A DNA stretch of 59,797 nt, the filler included, from Malassezia furfur (lineage: Eukaryota), in NCBI GenBank assembly GCA_052055015.1. It is 8 parts of 8 records of this genome, joined end to end, with 100 filler letters (N's around TTAATTAATTAA, not from the genome) between each part and the next. Parts side by side here need not be neighbours in the genome. Positions count along the whole stretch, not along the records: positions 45,072 to 52,401 come from JBQJIT010000502.1; positions 52,502 to 59,797 come from JBQJIT010000504.1; 6 more parts are not named here. The stretch is one strand, 5' to 3'. Shown here in pieces: positions 45,072 through 54,931 of this stretch (position 1 is its first letter; every line of letters begins with the position of its first letter). A program made the translations under genes and the position numbers. The notes beneath the pieces are model-generated. The model searched no databases, was not told the DNA's origin, and saw only the letters and a list, made by a program, of their open reading frames with translations.

Positions 45072-45686
45072 GCGGGTGCGGGCATCGCCGCCGGCGCCGC
45101 GCTCGGCACCGGGGCGGCGCTGGGTGCGGGTGCGGGCTATGCGCTTGGCCAGCCCTCGGAAGGCGATGCCATGACGACGCACAACAGTCTCTCGTACCTC
45201 AAGAGCTTTATTGGCGGACATTCCTGGTCGCACGGCGACTTGTCGACCCATTCGAACGCCTCCTCCGCTCGGAACAGCACCGACGACCTATTCCACGATG
45301 CACCCGGCACGCCCGGTGAGTGGGACACGCGTCCGCCGGCGCCCAAGGAGGTGAAGCATGACGGCGCCCAAGGCTACGACCTCACTCACGGCCACAACTT
45401 TGAGGTGGACGAAGGCGTGGAGGGCGATGCCGACGACGCGCGTGAGCAGCGCAGCGCGCACATGCCGTTCGACGAACAGATTGCCGAAGGCGGTATGACC
45501 GCGCACGGCGCCGAGATTGCCAAGGAGAAGTCGCCGCTCGCGGGCTTCCCGTACTTTGCCAACGGCGGCGGCGCCGAGGAAGTCGCCGAGGCGAACCGTC
45601 GCGCACGAGAATCGGCGCAAAAGGCGCGGGAGCGGAAAAGCTTCTTTTCCCGGCTGAACTGCTGTGGTGGAAAGCATGTGGACTAA
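45072..45686 (+). CDS. C-terminal fragment of a hypothetical acidic protein ending in a basic/di-Cys tail
   Basis: Frame is open from the contig start (AGAGIAAGAALG..) through the 45171 ORF; ends RERKSFFSRLNCCGGKHVD. Confidence 0.6.
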   Translation, partial: AGAGIAAGAALGTGAALGAGAGYALGQPSEGDAMTTHNSLSYLKSFIGGHSWSHGDLSTHSNASSARNSTDDLFHDAPGTPGEWDTRPPAPKEVKHDGAQGYDLTHGHNFEVDEGVEGDADDAREQRSAHMPFDEQIAEGGMTAHGAEIAKEKSPLAGFPYFANGGGAEEVAEANRRARESAQKARERKSFFSRLNCCGGKHVD

Positions 45687-45918
45687 TGAGTGTCTTTTAA
45701 TTGTTGAATAGCTTTCTTTCGCATCCCTGGACGGTCTTGGATCGCTCCGTTCGTGCTTCCCCGCATTTGCGCGCGGCGCGGCGCGGTCTTATGCGTGATG
45801 ACAAAGAGCAGTGGAGCGTACCGCCGAGGCGCGTCCGCTTCCACCGGGGTTCTCGTGGGGATCGAATCGGTGTGGTCGCATGCGCAACGCCCTTGTGTGA
45901 TCGGGCTGCACCAACGCA

Positions 45919-48285
45919 ATGGGTTCCGAAGATGGTTTCGAGGTACCCGGAAACTTTGTGGATGTCGAGTTGAACGACGAGCCGGAGATTCCCGACACGC
46001 CGACAAACGCGTCCGTCGTCGATCTCGGATCGTCGCTCCGCACCAGCTACAAGCGTGGCCCGCGATGGTGGAAATCGCAGGTGACGATCGGCGTCGATGA
46101 CCCCGCAGAGGCACCCGTACCGGCGTGCTTGCCCGCCGAGGCGCCCGCGCCTGCGGAAGAGCATACGGCTCCAGAGCAGGAGCCGCGCGTCTCGGAAGAA
46201 CCATTGAGCCCACGGCCCCGGCGGCATAGCATCTCGGGTTTTTCCAATGTCCATGGTGTCGAGGACACCACCGCCTCACCGGGCCTTGCGTACCGAGTTT
46301 CGTCGACACCCGTGCACGATGCGCGTCTCGCGTCCGACTCGGCGTTTAGCTCGACGCCGGTCCGGCGCAAGGCTGAAGGACGCTACCGCAGCCGGCTCGA
46401 GCAGCCGATGCCACGTCCAAGTCTGCTCCGCCTCTCAGCCACGACGCCCGGGTCGTTACCTCTCGGTGTCACAGTGGACCCGACGCTCGAGCCCGGCGTT
46501 TCTATGACGGTCGCGGACGAGACGGGCGAGTTGTACGTCGTGCGCTCGCCCAAGCCTAAGACATTATCGGGCCATATGCTTCCACCGCCGTCATTCTCGT
46601 CACAGATGGACCGTGCGCTTGCGCGGCTGGACCACAGTCGATTTGCGCGAAGCGAGAGCATGTTGGCGCCCATGGCCGAGTTTGCACCTGAACAGCATGC
46701 TGCTATGCAAGCGAGTATTCATACCGATGAGGGCGACGCATCATTTGATGCGGCAGATGGTCATGCGTCACCCACGAAGCAGACAGGACTGGGCTTGAAG
46801 CATGCACAACTGCCCACCGATGCAGCGGCAGAGCCAACGACGCCGCGCATGGCGACCCCTGCGGCGCCCAATGCACCGGCCACGGCAGCAGCCGCTGCGC
46901 CCGCGGCTGCATCAGCAGAGGCAACTCCACACGCGGCTCTTCCGGCGGCGGCACCGGCAGCGACCGAATCCCCGCCTGTGTCTGTGGTGGCGCCGTCCAC
47001 TGCCCACGCTAATGGGTCGGCGGACACGTCGGACAAGTCGGGCTCCAGCAGCCTGACGCGTATGCGCCATCTCCCGCCGAAATCGCGCAAGGAAGAGGCC
47101 CGGCACCTCGCCGACTTCCGTGCAATGATGCAGCGATCCAAAGAGGCCGAGAAGAAGCGGGAAGAGGAGCGGGCGGCCTTGCAGCGGAAGAGGGACGAGG
47201 AGGCGGAACAGATGCGCCGCGTATGGGACCAAGAAATTCTCCCGTGCTGGACACGGGCGCGGCAAGAGCAAAAGTACCAGGCGCTGTGGTGGCAGGGCAT
47301 TCCCCAGCCATTGCGTGCGCGCCTGTGGCCGCGTGCGGCAGGCAACAATTTGATGCTGCCACACGACTTGTTTGTGCGCGCGTCACGCGAGGCCCAAAGT
47401 GCACTGGCGCAGGGTCGTTTCCCTGAAGCGCTCTGTGCAGCGATCGACGCTGAAGTGAGCGCAACGCTGCCGAGTTTGCGGCTGTTTGACCACGCGGCGG
47501 CGCCGATGCACACGGATCTGCGCGATGTGCTCTACGCGTACGTCTTTCTACGTGCCGATGAGGCGTGCCAGCGGCTGGGCTCGGGTGTCGTGGATCTGGC
47601 GTCACTGGACGAGTTGTTTGTGCTGTATGTACCCGGCTCGGCGAGCCTTGCCGCCATGCTGTTGCTCAACCTGCCTGCGCCGCAGGCGTTTTTGGCACTG
47701 CTCAACCTCGTTGCGTCCAAGGCATGGCTCAAGGCGATCTACCAGCTGGACCGGCCGCAGGCGCAGCACCCCGACGTGTCGCACGGGAGTGAGCCTGTGA
47801 CGCGCCACGCCCAAGCGTTTGAGCGCGTCTTTAATACGCTCATGGCCGAGCAGATGCCGACCGTGTACGCCAACCTGCACAAAGCCGGGATCCGCACCAG
47901 CGACTACCTCCGTGCGTGGATTCGCACGCTGTTTGTGCCGTGGCTCGACATCGACACGGCGATGCGCGTCTGGGACGTGGTGCTGCTCGATGAGTCCGGC
48001 GCAGTGCCGTTTCGCGTAGCGCTGGCGCTCGTGCAGCTGCTTGAACCGCGGCTGTACGAACACGACCGCGACGAGCTGCTGAGCATCCTGCGCGGCACCA
48101 ACGCCGGGGCACTGCATGTATGGCGCCGTTCGCTGCCCGACGGCGTCAAGGAGGAGGTGCCGCGCGACCGCATCTATGCACAATACTGCATCAACGAGGA
48201 TGCGCTCTTTCAGGTGCTCGACGAGCAAAAGGTGTGGTGGCGCGACAATACGCTGCGGCGCCTGCTTGACCGCGAGCTACGCTAG
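45919..48285 (+). CDS. TBC (Rab-GAP) domain protein, TBC1D12/14-like, with degenerate catalytic fingers
   Basis: HLPPKSRKEE..HL, W..EILP.W, LWWQGIP..LR..LW, W..TLF..LDID..MRVWD. Confidence 0.8.
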   Translation: MGSEDGFEVPGNFVDVELNDEPEIPDTPTNASVVDLGSSLRTSYKRGPRWWKSQVTIGVDDPAEAPVPACLPAEAPAPAEEHTAPEQEPRVSEEPLSPRPRRHSISGFSNVHGVEDTTASPGLAYRVSSTPVHDARLASDSAFSSTPVRRKAEGRYRSRLEQPMPRPSLLRLSATTPGSLPLGVTVDPTLEPGVSMTVADETGELYVVRSPKPKTLSGHMLPPPSFSSQMDRALARLDHSRFARSESMLAPMAEFAPEQHAAMQASIHTDEGDASFDAADGHASPTKQTGLGLKHAQLPTDAAAEPTTPRMATPAAPNAPATAAAAAPAAASAEATPHAALPAAAPAATESPPVSVVAPSTAHANGSADTSDKSGSSSLTRMRHLPPKSRKEEARHLADFRAMMQRSKEAEKKREEERAALQRKRDEEAEQMRRVWDQEILPCWTRARQEQKYQALWWQGIPQPLRARLWPRAAGNNLMLPHDLFVRASREAQSALAQGRFPEALCAAIDAEVSATLPSLRLFDHAAAPMHTDLRDVLYAYVFLRADEACQRLGSGVVDLASLDELFVLYVPGSASLAAMLLLNLPAPQAFLALLNLVASKAWLKAIYQLDRPQAQHPDVSHGSEPVTRHAQAFERVFNTLMAEQMPTVYANLHKAGIRTSDYLRAWIRTLFVPWLDIDTAMRVWDVVLLDESGAVPFRVALALVQLLEPRLYEHDRDELLSILRGTNAGALHVWRRSLPDGVKEEVPRDRIYAQYCINEDALFQVLDEQKVWWRDNTLRRLLDRELR

Positions 48286-48297
48286 GGGAGATGTATT

Positions 48298-50241
48298 TTA
48301 CGCTTCGTAGACAGGGGGAAACACGTTGGCCGACGCACGGTCTGCCGCGGCCGGGCTGTTGACGCCCGCGTCCGTGGGCGGCGCCGTAAAGTAGGCGGGC
48401 GGATGCGAATCGCGCGGCGACGTCGGCGCACTGTGCTCCGCCGAGGCCGCATCTGCATACGACGGTGGGAGCGGCGTCGGCAGCGACACGCCGCGCGGCG
48501 GGCGTGCCGGCCACGCAGCGGGCGGCGGCGATGCGTCAAAGTCAAGCAGCGCCGCGTCCTGCTGCGCGGCCTGCTCAAAGTTGGGCGGCTCGTCCGAGGG
48601 CGCCGGCTCCTCGACCAGCTCCATGACCGAGTCGTACATCGCCACCGGCTCATCCGGCGGGGGTATCTGCGCGAGCTGACTCGCGTACGACGCATTCGTG
48701 CCGAGGTCGTCGGCGAGGCGCGCATCGTGCACGTGTTCGGTCATGCTCGGCGGCGGGTCCTGCGTCGCGGTGGTCGCAAACGCCATTGCGTCGTCGCCGC
48801 TGCCCAGCGCGCCGCTCCCGCCTGTCACGGCGGTGGCAAGCATCGCATGGTCCGGGCGGCTCGCGTCGTCGTACCCGTCGTACTCGGGAACACCGACAAA
48901 CCACGCCGCGACGTTGTGCTCGGTCGACATAGGCGCCTTGCCGTGCTTGCCGCTGGGCGAAGGCGGCGCCGGGGGCGCCGTGTCGTCGAGCGTAGCGTCA
49001 CCGACCGCCGCCGGGAGCACCTTGACCAGCTGCGCCGTGCACACGTCGCGCTGTGCGCCGCTGCCGTCGCGCAGTACCACACGGACGCACACCACAAAGC
49101 GCACGCTGTGGAGCGGCGTGTCCTGCGTGATCGACTCGCACCGCCCGTCGCCGCCGAGGCTGTGCTGTGTCGCATGCGCGTCAAAGGCGTCGGGCTGCGG
49201 CACACGCGGGGACAGGGGGTGCAGGGCGAGGCGCAGATGCACTGCTTCGACCGAGTGGAAGCGGCACGACTTGCCGCTGTATGCCACCAGCGCCGTGCGC
49301 ACGAGCGGGGCAGGCGCGGCGCCCGCGCCACGCGCGTCCCCTGCGCCACTCGCCTCTCCCCGCGCCGAGCGCCGGGGCGTGCATCGCTCGAGCGCTAGGG
49401 TGTGTTCCAACACGTCGGTGTCCGACAGCATCGAGCCGAGCGGATGCGACTGGGTGACCCGCAGCAGCTCCGTCTCGACGCTGAGCAGTTGCAAACCGTT
49501 TTGCAGCACGAGTGCATCGGTCGGTGGTGGAATGTGCACCTGCACCTCAATCGGCTCCGTGTTGCGCACCACCGAGCGGTCGAGCCAGTAGTGCACGGCG
49601 ACGGGCGCATCCGTGCGCCAGTAAAGCGGTGAGAGCGAGTAGCGCGAGTTGGGCGTGACAACATTCCAGTGCGCCAGGGCACGTTCGCCAAACCCAGGGG
49701 AGGCGTACGGCGCGAGCGCCGCCCATCCGGGAGAGGTATAGCGTGTGGGGTGCACCACCGTGCGCGCCACCAGGCGTGCGCCGTCGACGTGCACCAGGTG
49801 CGCTTCGAGCATGTACAGCAGGTCGCTCGACTGTCCGTGGATGCACTGCGGCAGGTCGGGCGTCAGCTCAAACTCGAACGGCAGCACGGCAGGGACGTGC
49901 GCAGGAAGGTGCGCGGCACGCCAGACGGATTGGTGCGCGGCATAGAGCTCCATGTGCTGGGCCTGGTCTCCATAGATGTGCTCCACAGCTCGCAGAGACA
50001 CGACGCATTCGCTGTACCGCGCAGCCTGCTGCGACTCGCGCGCGAGCTTCACCAGCACGTCGCCAACGATGCGCGCGGGCGCCGTGTCGAGACCGAGGTA
50101 GCCTGCCTGAAACGACGCGGCGTCCGGCCGAGGCGCGATCTCAAATACGTCGTCTGCCTGTGCGCGAGTCGCGCGTACATACGAGGACTGTGGCGCGTCC
50201 GTGTACGCGGGCGGCGCAGCGACGGCGCCGTCGTGCGACAT
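48298..50241 (-). CDS. Arrestin-like protein with multiple PY motifs
   Basis: Beta-rich N-domain (IVGDVLVK, LPFEFELTPDLPQCIH) plus PPAY, PPSY, PPAY, PPVY. Confidence 0.6.
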   Translation of the reverse strand: MSHDGAVAAPPAYTDAPQSSYVRATRAQADDVFEIAPRPDAASFQAGYLGLDTAPARIVGDVLVKLARESQQAARYSECVVSLRAVEHIYGDQAQHMELYAAHQSVWRAAHLPAHVPAVLPFEFELTPDLPQCIHGQSSDLLYMLEAHLVHVDGARLVARTVVHPTRYTSPGWAALAPYASPGFGERALAHWNVVTPNSRYSLSPLYWRTDAPVAVHYWLDRSVVRNTEPIEVQVHIPPPTDALVLQNGLQLLSVETELLRVTQSHPLGSMLSDTDVLEHTLALERCTPRRSARGEASGAGDARGAGAAPAPLVRTALVAYSGKSCRFHSVEAVHLRLALHPLSPRVPQPDAFDAHATQHSLGGDGRCESITQDTPLHSVRFVVCVRVVLRDGSGAQRDVCTAQLVKVLPAAVGDATLDDTAPPAPPSPSGKHGKAPMSTEHNVAAWFVGVPEYDGYDDASRPDHAMLATAVTGGSGALGSGDDAMAFATTATQDPPPSMTEHVHDARLADDLGTNASYASQLAQIPPPDEPVAMYDSVMELVEEPAPSDEPPNFEQAAQQDAALLDFDASPPPAAWPARPPRGVSLPTPLPPSYADAASAEHSAPTSPRDSHPPAYFTAPPTDAGVNSPAAADRASANVFPPVYEA

Positions 50242-50305
50242 GGTGCCACGCGCCGCGCGGCCCCTGCGCGCGTGCCTTGGCACCCGCCGCGCCGCCGCCG
50301 CACGG

Positions 50306-50313
50306 GTCACGTG
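50306..50313. promoter_or_regulatory. GTCACGTG in the divergent promoter arrestin-like/SNU13
   Basis: Exact motif. Confidence 0.5.
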
Positions 50314-50326
50314 CCGCGGGCCTACG

Positions 50327-50346
50327 GGGGTGCGGCGCTTTTTTTT
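50327..50346 (+). promoter_or_regulatory. GGGGTGCGGCGC-T8 element upstream of SNU13
   Basis: 19/20 identical to 35997-36016. Confidence 0.45.
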
Positions 50347-50389
50347 GCAGCGTGTCCCTGACCTGTGATCCGCCGTCGTGAGGTCTGCC

Positions 50390-50810
50390 ATGTCCGAGTC
50401 TCAAGTGAACCCCAAGGCCTTCCCGCTCGCAGATGCGGCGCTGACGAACCAGATTCTGGACCTCGTGCAGCAGTCGTCGCACTACAAGCAGCTCAAGAAG
50501 GGTGCGAACGAGGCGACCAAGACGCTCAACCGCGGCATCTGCGAGTTCATCGTGATGACCGCCGACGTCGAGCCGATTGAGATCGTGCTGCACCTCCCGC
50601 TGCTTTGCGAGGACAAGAACGTGCCCTACGTCTTTGTCCCGTCGAAGATCGCGCTCGGCCGTGCGTGCGGTGTGTCGCGCCCCGTCGTGGCGTGCAGCAT
50701 CACCACCAACGAGAACCGCGAGCTGCAGAGCCAGATCCAGACCATCAAGCTGGCGGTATGTTGGCGCGAGAAGTGTGTGCTAACGACAGATCGAGCGCCT
50801 GCTCATCTAA
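50390..50810 (+). CDS. SNU13: Snu13/15.5K kink-turn binding protein; intron 50756-50789
   Basis: [41 protein letters not shown]; splicing gives the terminal IERLLI*. Confidence 0.96.
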
Positions 50811-50865
50811 GGGAATCATATTGGCGTCCGCAGCGGACTCTATATAGTACAAAACGACGCGTTCT

Positions 50866-51558
50866 TCACGCCAAGGCCTTGCGCACCTCGCTGCGCTGCG
50901 TCTGCGAAAGCTTGTCGGGGAACTCGACGTTCCACTCGACGACCAGGTCACCCTTCTTGGCGCCCTTGACCTTCGAGATGGGCATACCTTCGTTCGCGAT
51001 GCGCGTCGTGCGCCCGGGCGAGATGGTCGTCTTGCCCAGACCGGGCGACGGCAGCGGAACGTCGATCGTGCGGCCGTCGAGCGTGGTGATCTTGCGCCGC
51101 GACTCGGGCGAGCCGGGGGTCGGGGGATCGAGTGCGTCCGCAAGCTTCAGCGGAAGAATCATGCGCAGGTCATCGCCGTTGCGCGTAAAGCGCGTGTTCG
51201 GCCGCTCGTCCACCACGAACACGAGGTCCTGAGCATTGCCGGGCGCCACTTCGTTGCCGGAGCCCGCGAAGCGCACCTTCGTGCCCTTCTTCCAGCCGGG
51301 CTTGACATCGATCGTGATGACTTTTTGCTCGGTCTGCCCGTTGGCGAGCTTGCGGCCGATCTTGAGCTTCTTGGTGGTGCCGGTGTAGAGCTCCTCGAGC
51401 GTAAGCTTCAGCGGAGTCTCCCAGTCCTCGGGCTTTTCCTGGGGCTCGGGCGTCGCCGAGGCGAACCCGCCGCCCCGGCCGCCGCCGCCACCGAACAGGT
51501 CCTCGGCACTGAAGCCACCGCCGCCCATGCCGGACGAGCGCGTGCGGGTGCCACCGGG

Positions 51559-51589
<31 letters not shown>

Positions 51590-52026
51590 CCGCCCATGCC
51601 ACCCATGCCGCCGAAGATGTGGGCAAAGATGTCGTTCGGGTCCGAGGGCGAGAAGCCGCCACCGCCGAACGGATTGCCGCCGCCGCCCGACGAGAAGTGG
51701 AAGGTGCGGCCGCCGCCGCCGCCGGGGAAGCCGCCTGCGCTGAAGCCGCCGCCAGGGAAGCCACCCGCGCCACCAGCGTCGCCACCCGGCGGGACGCCGC
51801 CTTTCAAGCCGTCCTCGCCGTACTGGTCATAAATGGCGCGCTTGTTCTTGTCCGAGAGCACCTCGAAGGCCTCGCCGACCTCCTGGAACTTCTTTTTGGC
51901 TGTCGCCTCGTTGTCCTTGTTACGGTCCGGGTGCCACTTCAGCGCCGCTTTCTTGTACGCCTTCTTAATGGCGTCGTCATCGGCGGATTTGGGCACACCG
52001 AGAATTTGGTAGTAGTCCTTTCCCAT
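50866..52026 (-). CDS. SIS1: Type II Hsp40/DnaJ co-chaperone
   Basis: MGKDYY J-domain with HPD, G/F and GGM repeats, [16 protein letters not shown]. Confidence 0.93.
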
Positions 52027-52171
52027 GATGTGGAAGCACGGTGGTGCCGTGCGCGCACGGCGCAATATATTGGGCTCGGCCGTGGCCCGCGGCGCGCCGC
52101 ACGGGCGAGATGTCGCGCGCTTTCCACAACCTTCGGTGCTCGTTCCACCGCGCCACGTGCCAGGCACCTAT

Positions 52172-52401
52172 CTACTCCACCTGGCGCACGGCGCGCGCCA
52201 GGTCCTCGGCGAGCGCCGGGAGCTCCGCCAGGAGCGCCGTACGGTCCCACTCGGCGCGGTGCGCGAGGATCGCGTCGAAACACACGGCACGCAGCTGCTG
52301 CAGCTGCTCGACATTGAACCCGTCGGTGGTGCGCACGAGCGCCGCGGTGAGCGCGTGCTGCGCGTCGAGCGGCAGCACCGGCGCGGGGGGACGCGGCGGC
52401 G
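52172..52401 (-). CDS. YTA7: C-terminal fragment resembling Yta7/ATAD2 AAA ATPase
   Basis: TTDGFNVEQLQQLRA..AILAHRAEWDRTALL resembles the Yta7/Abo1 C-terminal helical motif. Confidence 0.6.
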
Positions 52402-52501
52402 NNNNNNNNNNNNNNNNNNNNNNNNNNNNNNNNNNNNNNNNNNNNTTAATTAATTAANNNNNNNNNNNNNNNNNNNNNNNNNNNNNNNNNNNNNNNNNNN
52501 N
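52402..52501. other. Artificial contig linker
   Basis: N44-TTAATTAATTAA-N44. Confidence 0.98.
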
Positions 52502-53958
52502 GGTGGTTGAAGAACTGCTGCAGCTTCTCGTTGGTGTAGTTGATGCACAGCTGCTCAAACGAGTTCGTCTCGAAGATCTCAAAGCCCGCAATGTCCAGCA
52601 CACCAATGAAGCGCGACTTGCTCGTCGGGCGGTCCAGCACGTGGTTGATGCGGTCGACGAGCCACCCAAACGTCTTTTCGTACATCGTCTTGCACAGCGC
52701 CGCAATCTCGTCGGTGACCTGCTTCTTGTTGCGCGCCTGCGTCACCATCTCCCGCCCGGCGCGCACCGTCGGACGCACCAGCGCACTCTGCAGCTTGCCG
52801 GGCTCCACACCAAGCACCTCGCCTACGATCGCCAGCTGCTCGGCGTTGGTGATGCGCGCCTGCTCGGAGCGGTCCTCGGCAAGCTCGAGGTTGCCGAGCT
52901 GCAGGATGCCGGCGACGACGCGGAACAAGTCCTCCTCCTCGTGCGCCCGGAAACCCATCGTTTGCAGCGCCGTACGCAGCTGCACCCACTCGTGCGTATC
53001 GTCGACGCCCTCGACGTCCTTGCGTGAGGCGCGCAGGAATTGGTAATGGTCGGGGTGGTTCGACAGCTGGAAGCGGTCGAGCAGCGCCTTGTCGCGGCTG
53101 CGCAGCAGCTGGTAAAAGACATGGAAGTTGCGCTCGTTTGCGCTGCGGCTGTGCACACGGCTCTTTTCCAGCAGGTACCACTCGATGTTGCCGCCGGCGA
53201 TCGCGCCGTGCGCCGTGAACTCGATGCGCACAAACTTGCCGAACCGACTCGAGTTGTTGTTGCGCACGGTCTGTGCATTGCCGAACGCCTCGAGGATCGG
53301 GTTCGCCTGCAGAATCTGGCGCTCGAGCAAACCCAGCGGCTCGTGCGAAAGGCGGCGGTGGTGCAGCAGCTCGGGATCGACGTCCGCGTCCGCATCCACG
53401 GCAACCGCGGTCAGGTACTGGATGACACGCTTCGTGTTCTCCGTCTTGCCCGCACCCGACTCGCCCGTGATGAGCAAGCTCTGGTTCTCTTGTGCGTGGA
53501 TCATGTTTTGGATCGCGCCGTCGGCCACGGCGAAGATGTGCGGCGGGTTCGCCTCGCGCCGCATCCCGCGGTACTGCTCAATAATGGCCTCGGTGTAGAT
53601 CGGCAGCGCATGGTACGGGTTCACCGCGACCAAGAAGAGGCCCGAGTAGGTCTGCGTGAGCGGAGCGGCGACGTACATAGATCAGGTCGCTAAAGTAGCG
53701 CTGCCGCAGGTTGTGCACCACGGATGCCTCGTTTAGGAAAGTCAGGTCTGCAATGTCGGCCACTTTGTCGAACTTGGCGGGGTTCATCGCGCTCAGCGTG
53801 CTCGTCGGCACGGTGCGCACTTGGCCGTTGGGCAGACACACCACGCTGTCGGTGCCGTCCTCGGACACGACGTATGCGGCGACGTAGCCCTGCGTCGCAT
53901 CCGGCACCCACACGTCCTTCCGTGCCGCATCTGCTTTTTCAACCGCGCTCGACACCAT
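52502..53958 (-). CDS. MYO1: Class II myosin heavy chain, N-terminal motor part (3'-truncated); intron 53652-53676
   Basis: VWVPD, MNPAKFDK..LTFLNEASV, spliced IYTYSGLF, GESGAGKTENTKRVIQY, NNNSSRFGK, LDIAGFEIF. Confidence 0.92.
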
Positions 53959-54091
53959 CCTGGGTCCACACGCGCCGTCGGGGGGCAGAGCGTGTCGGTG
54001 GGGGGCTGGTGTTGATTTCCAGGACGCGCGTGTTGTTTACCCAATCACGACGGCAGCGCCTCGCCTCCTCCACATACGCCGTGCTGCGAAC

Positions 54092-54840
54092 ATGCCACTG
54101 CATCTCGCGCACCACAAGAGCTACCGTACGTGTGCCATACCCCTCACTCAGACCCGTACAACCGGGAGAATATCGAACGTGTGCGCCGAGATGAGGCAGA
54201 GGCGCGCGAGCGTGAGCGCGCGGACGAAGCGCGCCTCGCGGACGCCGATCGCCAGGAACGCCTGCATACGCTGCGTGCCCAGCGCGACGCACGCGAGGCG
54301 GGCGACGCTGCAGCGCCAAAGCGCGACGTGCAGATCACTACACGCGAGGGGCACATCAATTTCTGGCAAGACTACGAGCTAGGGCGAACGCAGCCGGCTG
54401 ACGATGCGCCGACCACCTCCGACGCGCGGCCCGCAACGACGCGGCGGCCGACCGTCGAGCTGAACCCGTGGTACGCAAACGCAGAGTTGCGCAACGGGCG
54501 CGAACAGCAAAAGAACGAGGACGAGGTGCTCGAGGACTGCTACCGCGACACGGCGCTCAAGTCGCGGCACGACCCGCTGCGGTCCATCCAGGCGCACTTG
54601 GACGAGCGCGAGGCGTCGTCGCGCGCGCTACCCGTGCGTGCGCCTGGCTCGCCGCGCACCACACATACCCTGGCCAGTGAGCGCTCCGAGCGCGAATCCA
54701 AAGAGCGCGCGCGCGCTGCCGAGCTCCAAGCGAAACGGGCGGCCGACCCCTTTTTTCGCGCCTCGGCTCGTGCCGCGCGTGAGGCACGAGCCGGACGATA
54801 CGCACGCAAGCGCGCACGCGCCCATCGAGCCCACGAGTGA
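54092..54840 (+). CDS. Cir_N-domain protein (LENG1/Cwc25-related); intron 54126-54151
   Basis: Spliced MPLHLAHHKSYHPYNRENIERVRRDE; GHINFW; PWY; HDPL. Confidence 0.75.
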
Positions 54841-54931
54841 CGAGCTGTGGGCGGAGCTGGGCGAGATCGATGCGTCGCTCGTGCCGGAGCCGGGCGACGC
54901 GTCGTTTTCGTCGCTGGACGAGACGCTGCTG

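Noticed and set aside
52027..52170. Heat-shock element upstream of SIS1
   Set aside because: Only scattered GAA/TTC triplets; no properly spaced nGAAn array.
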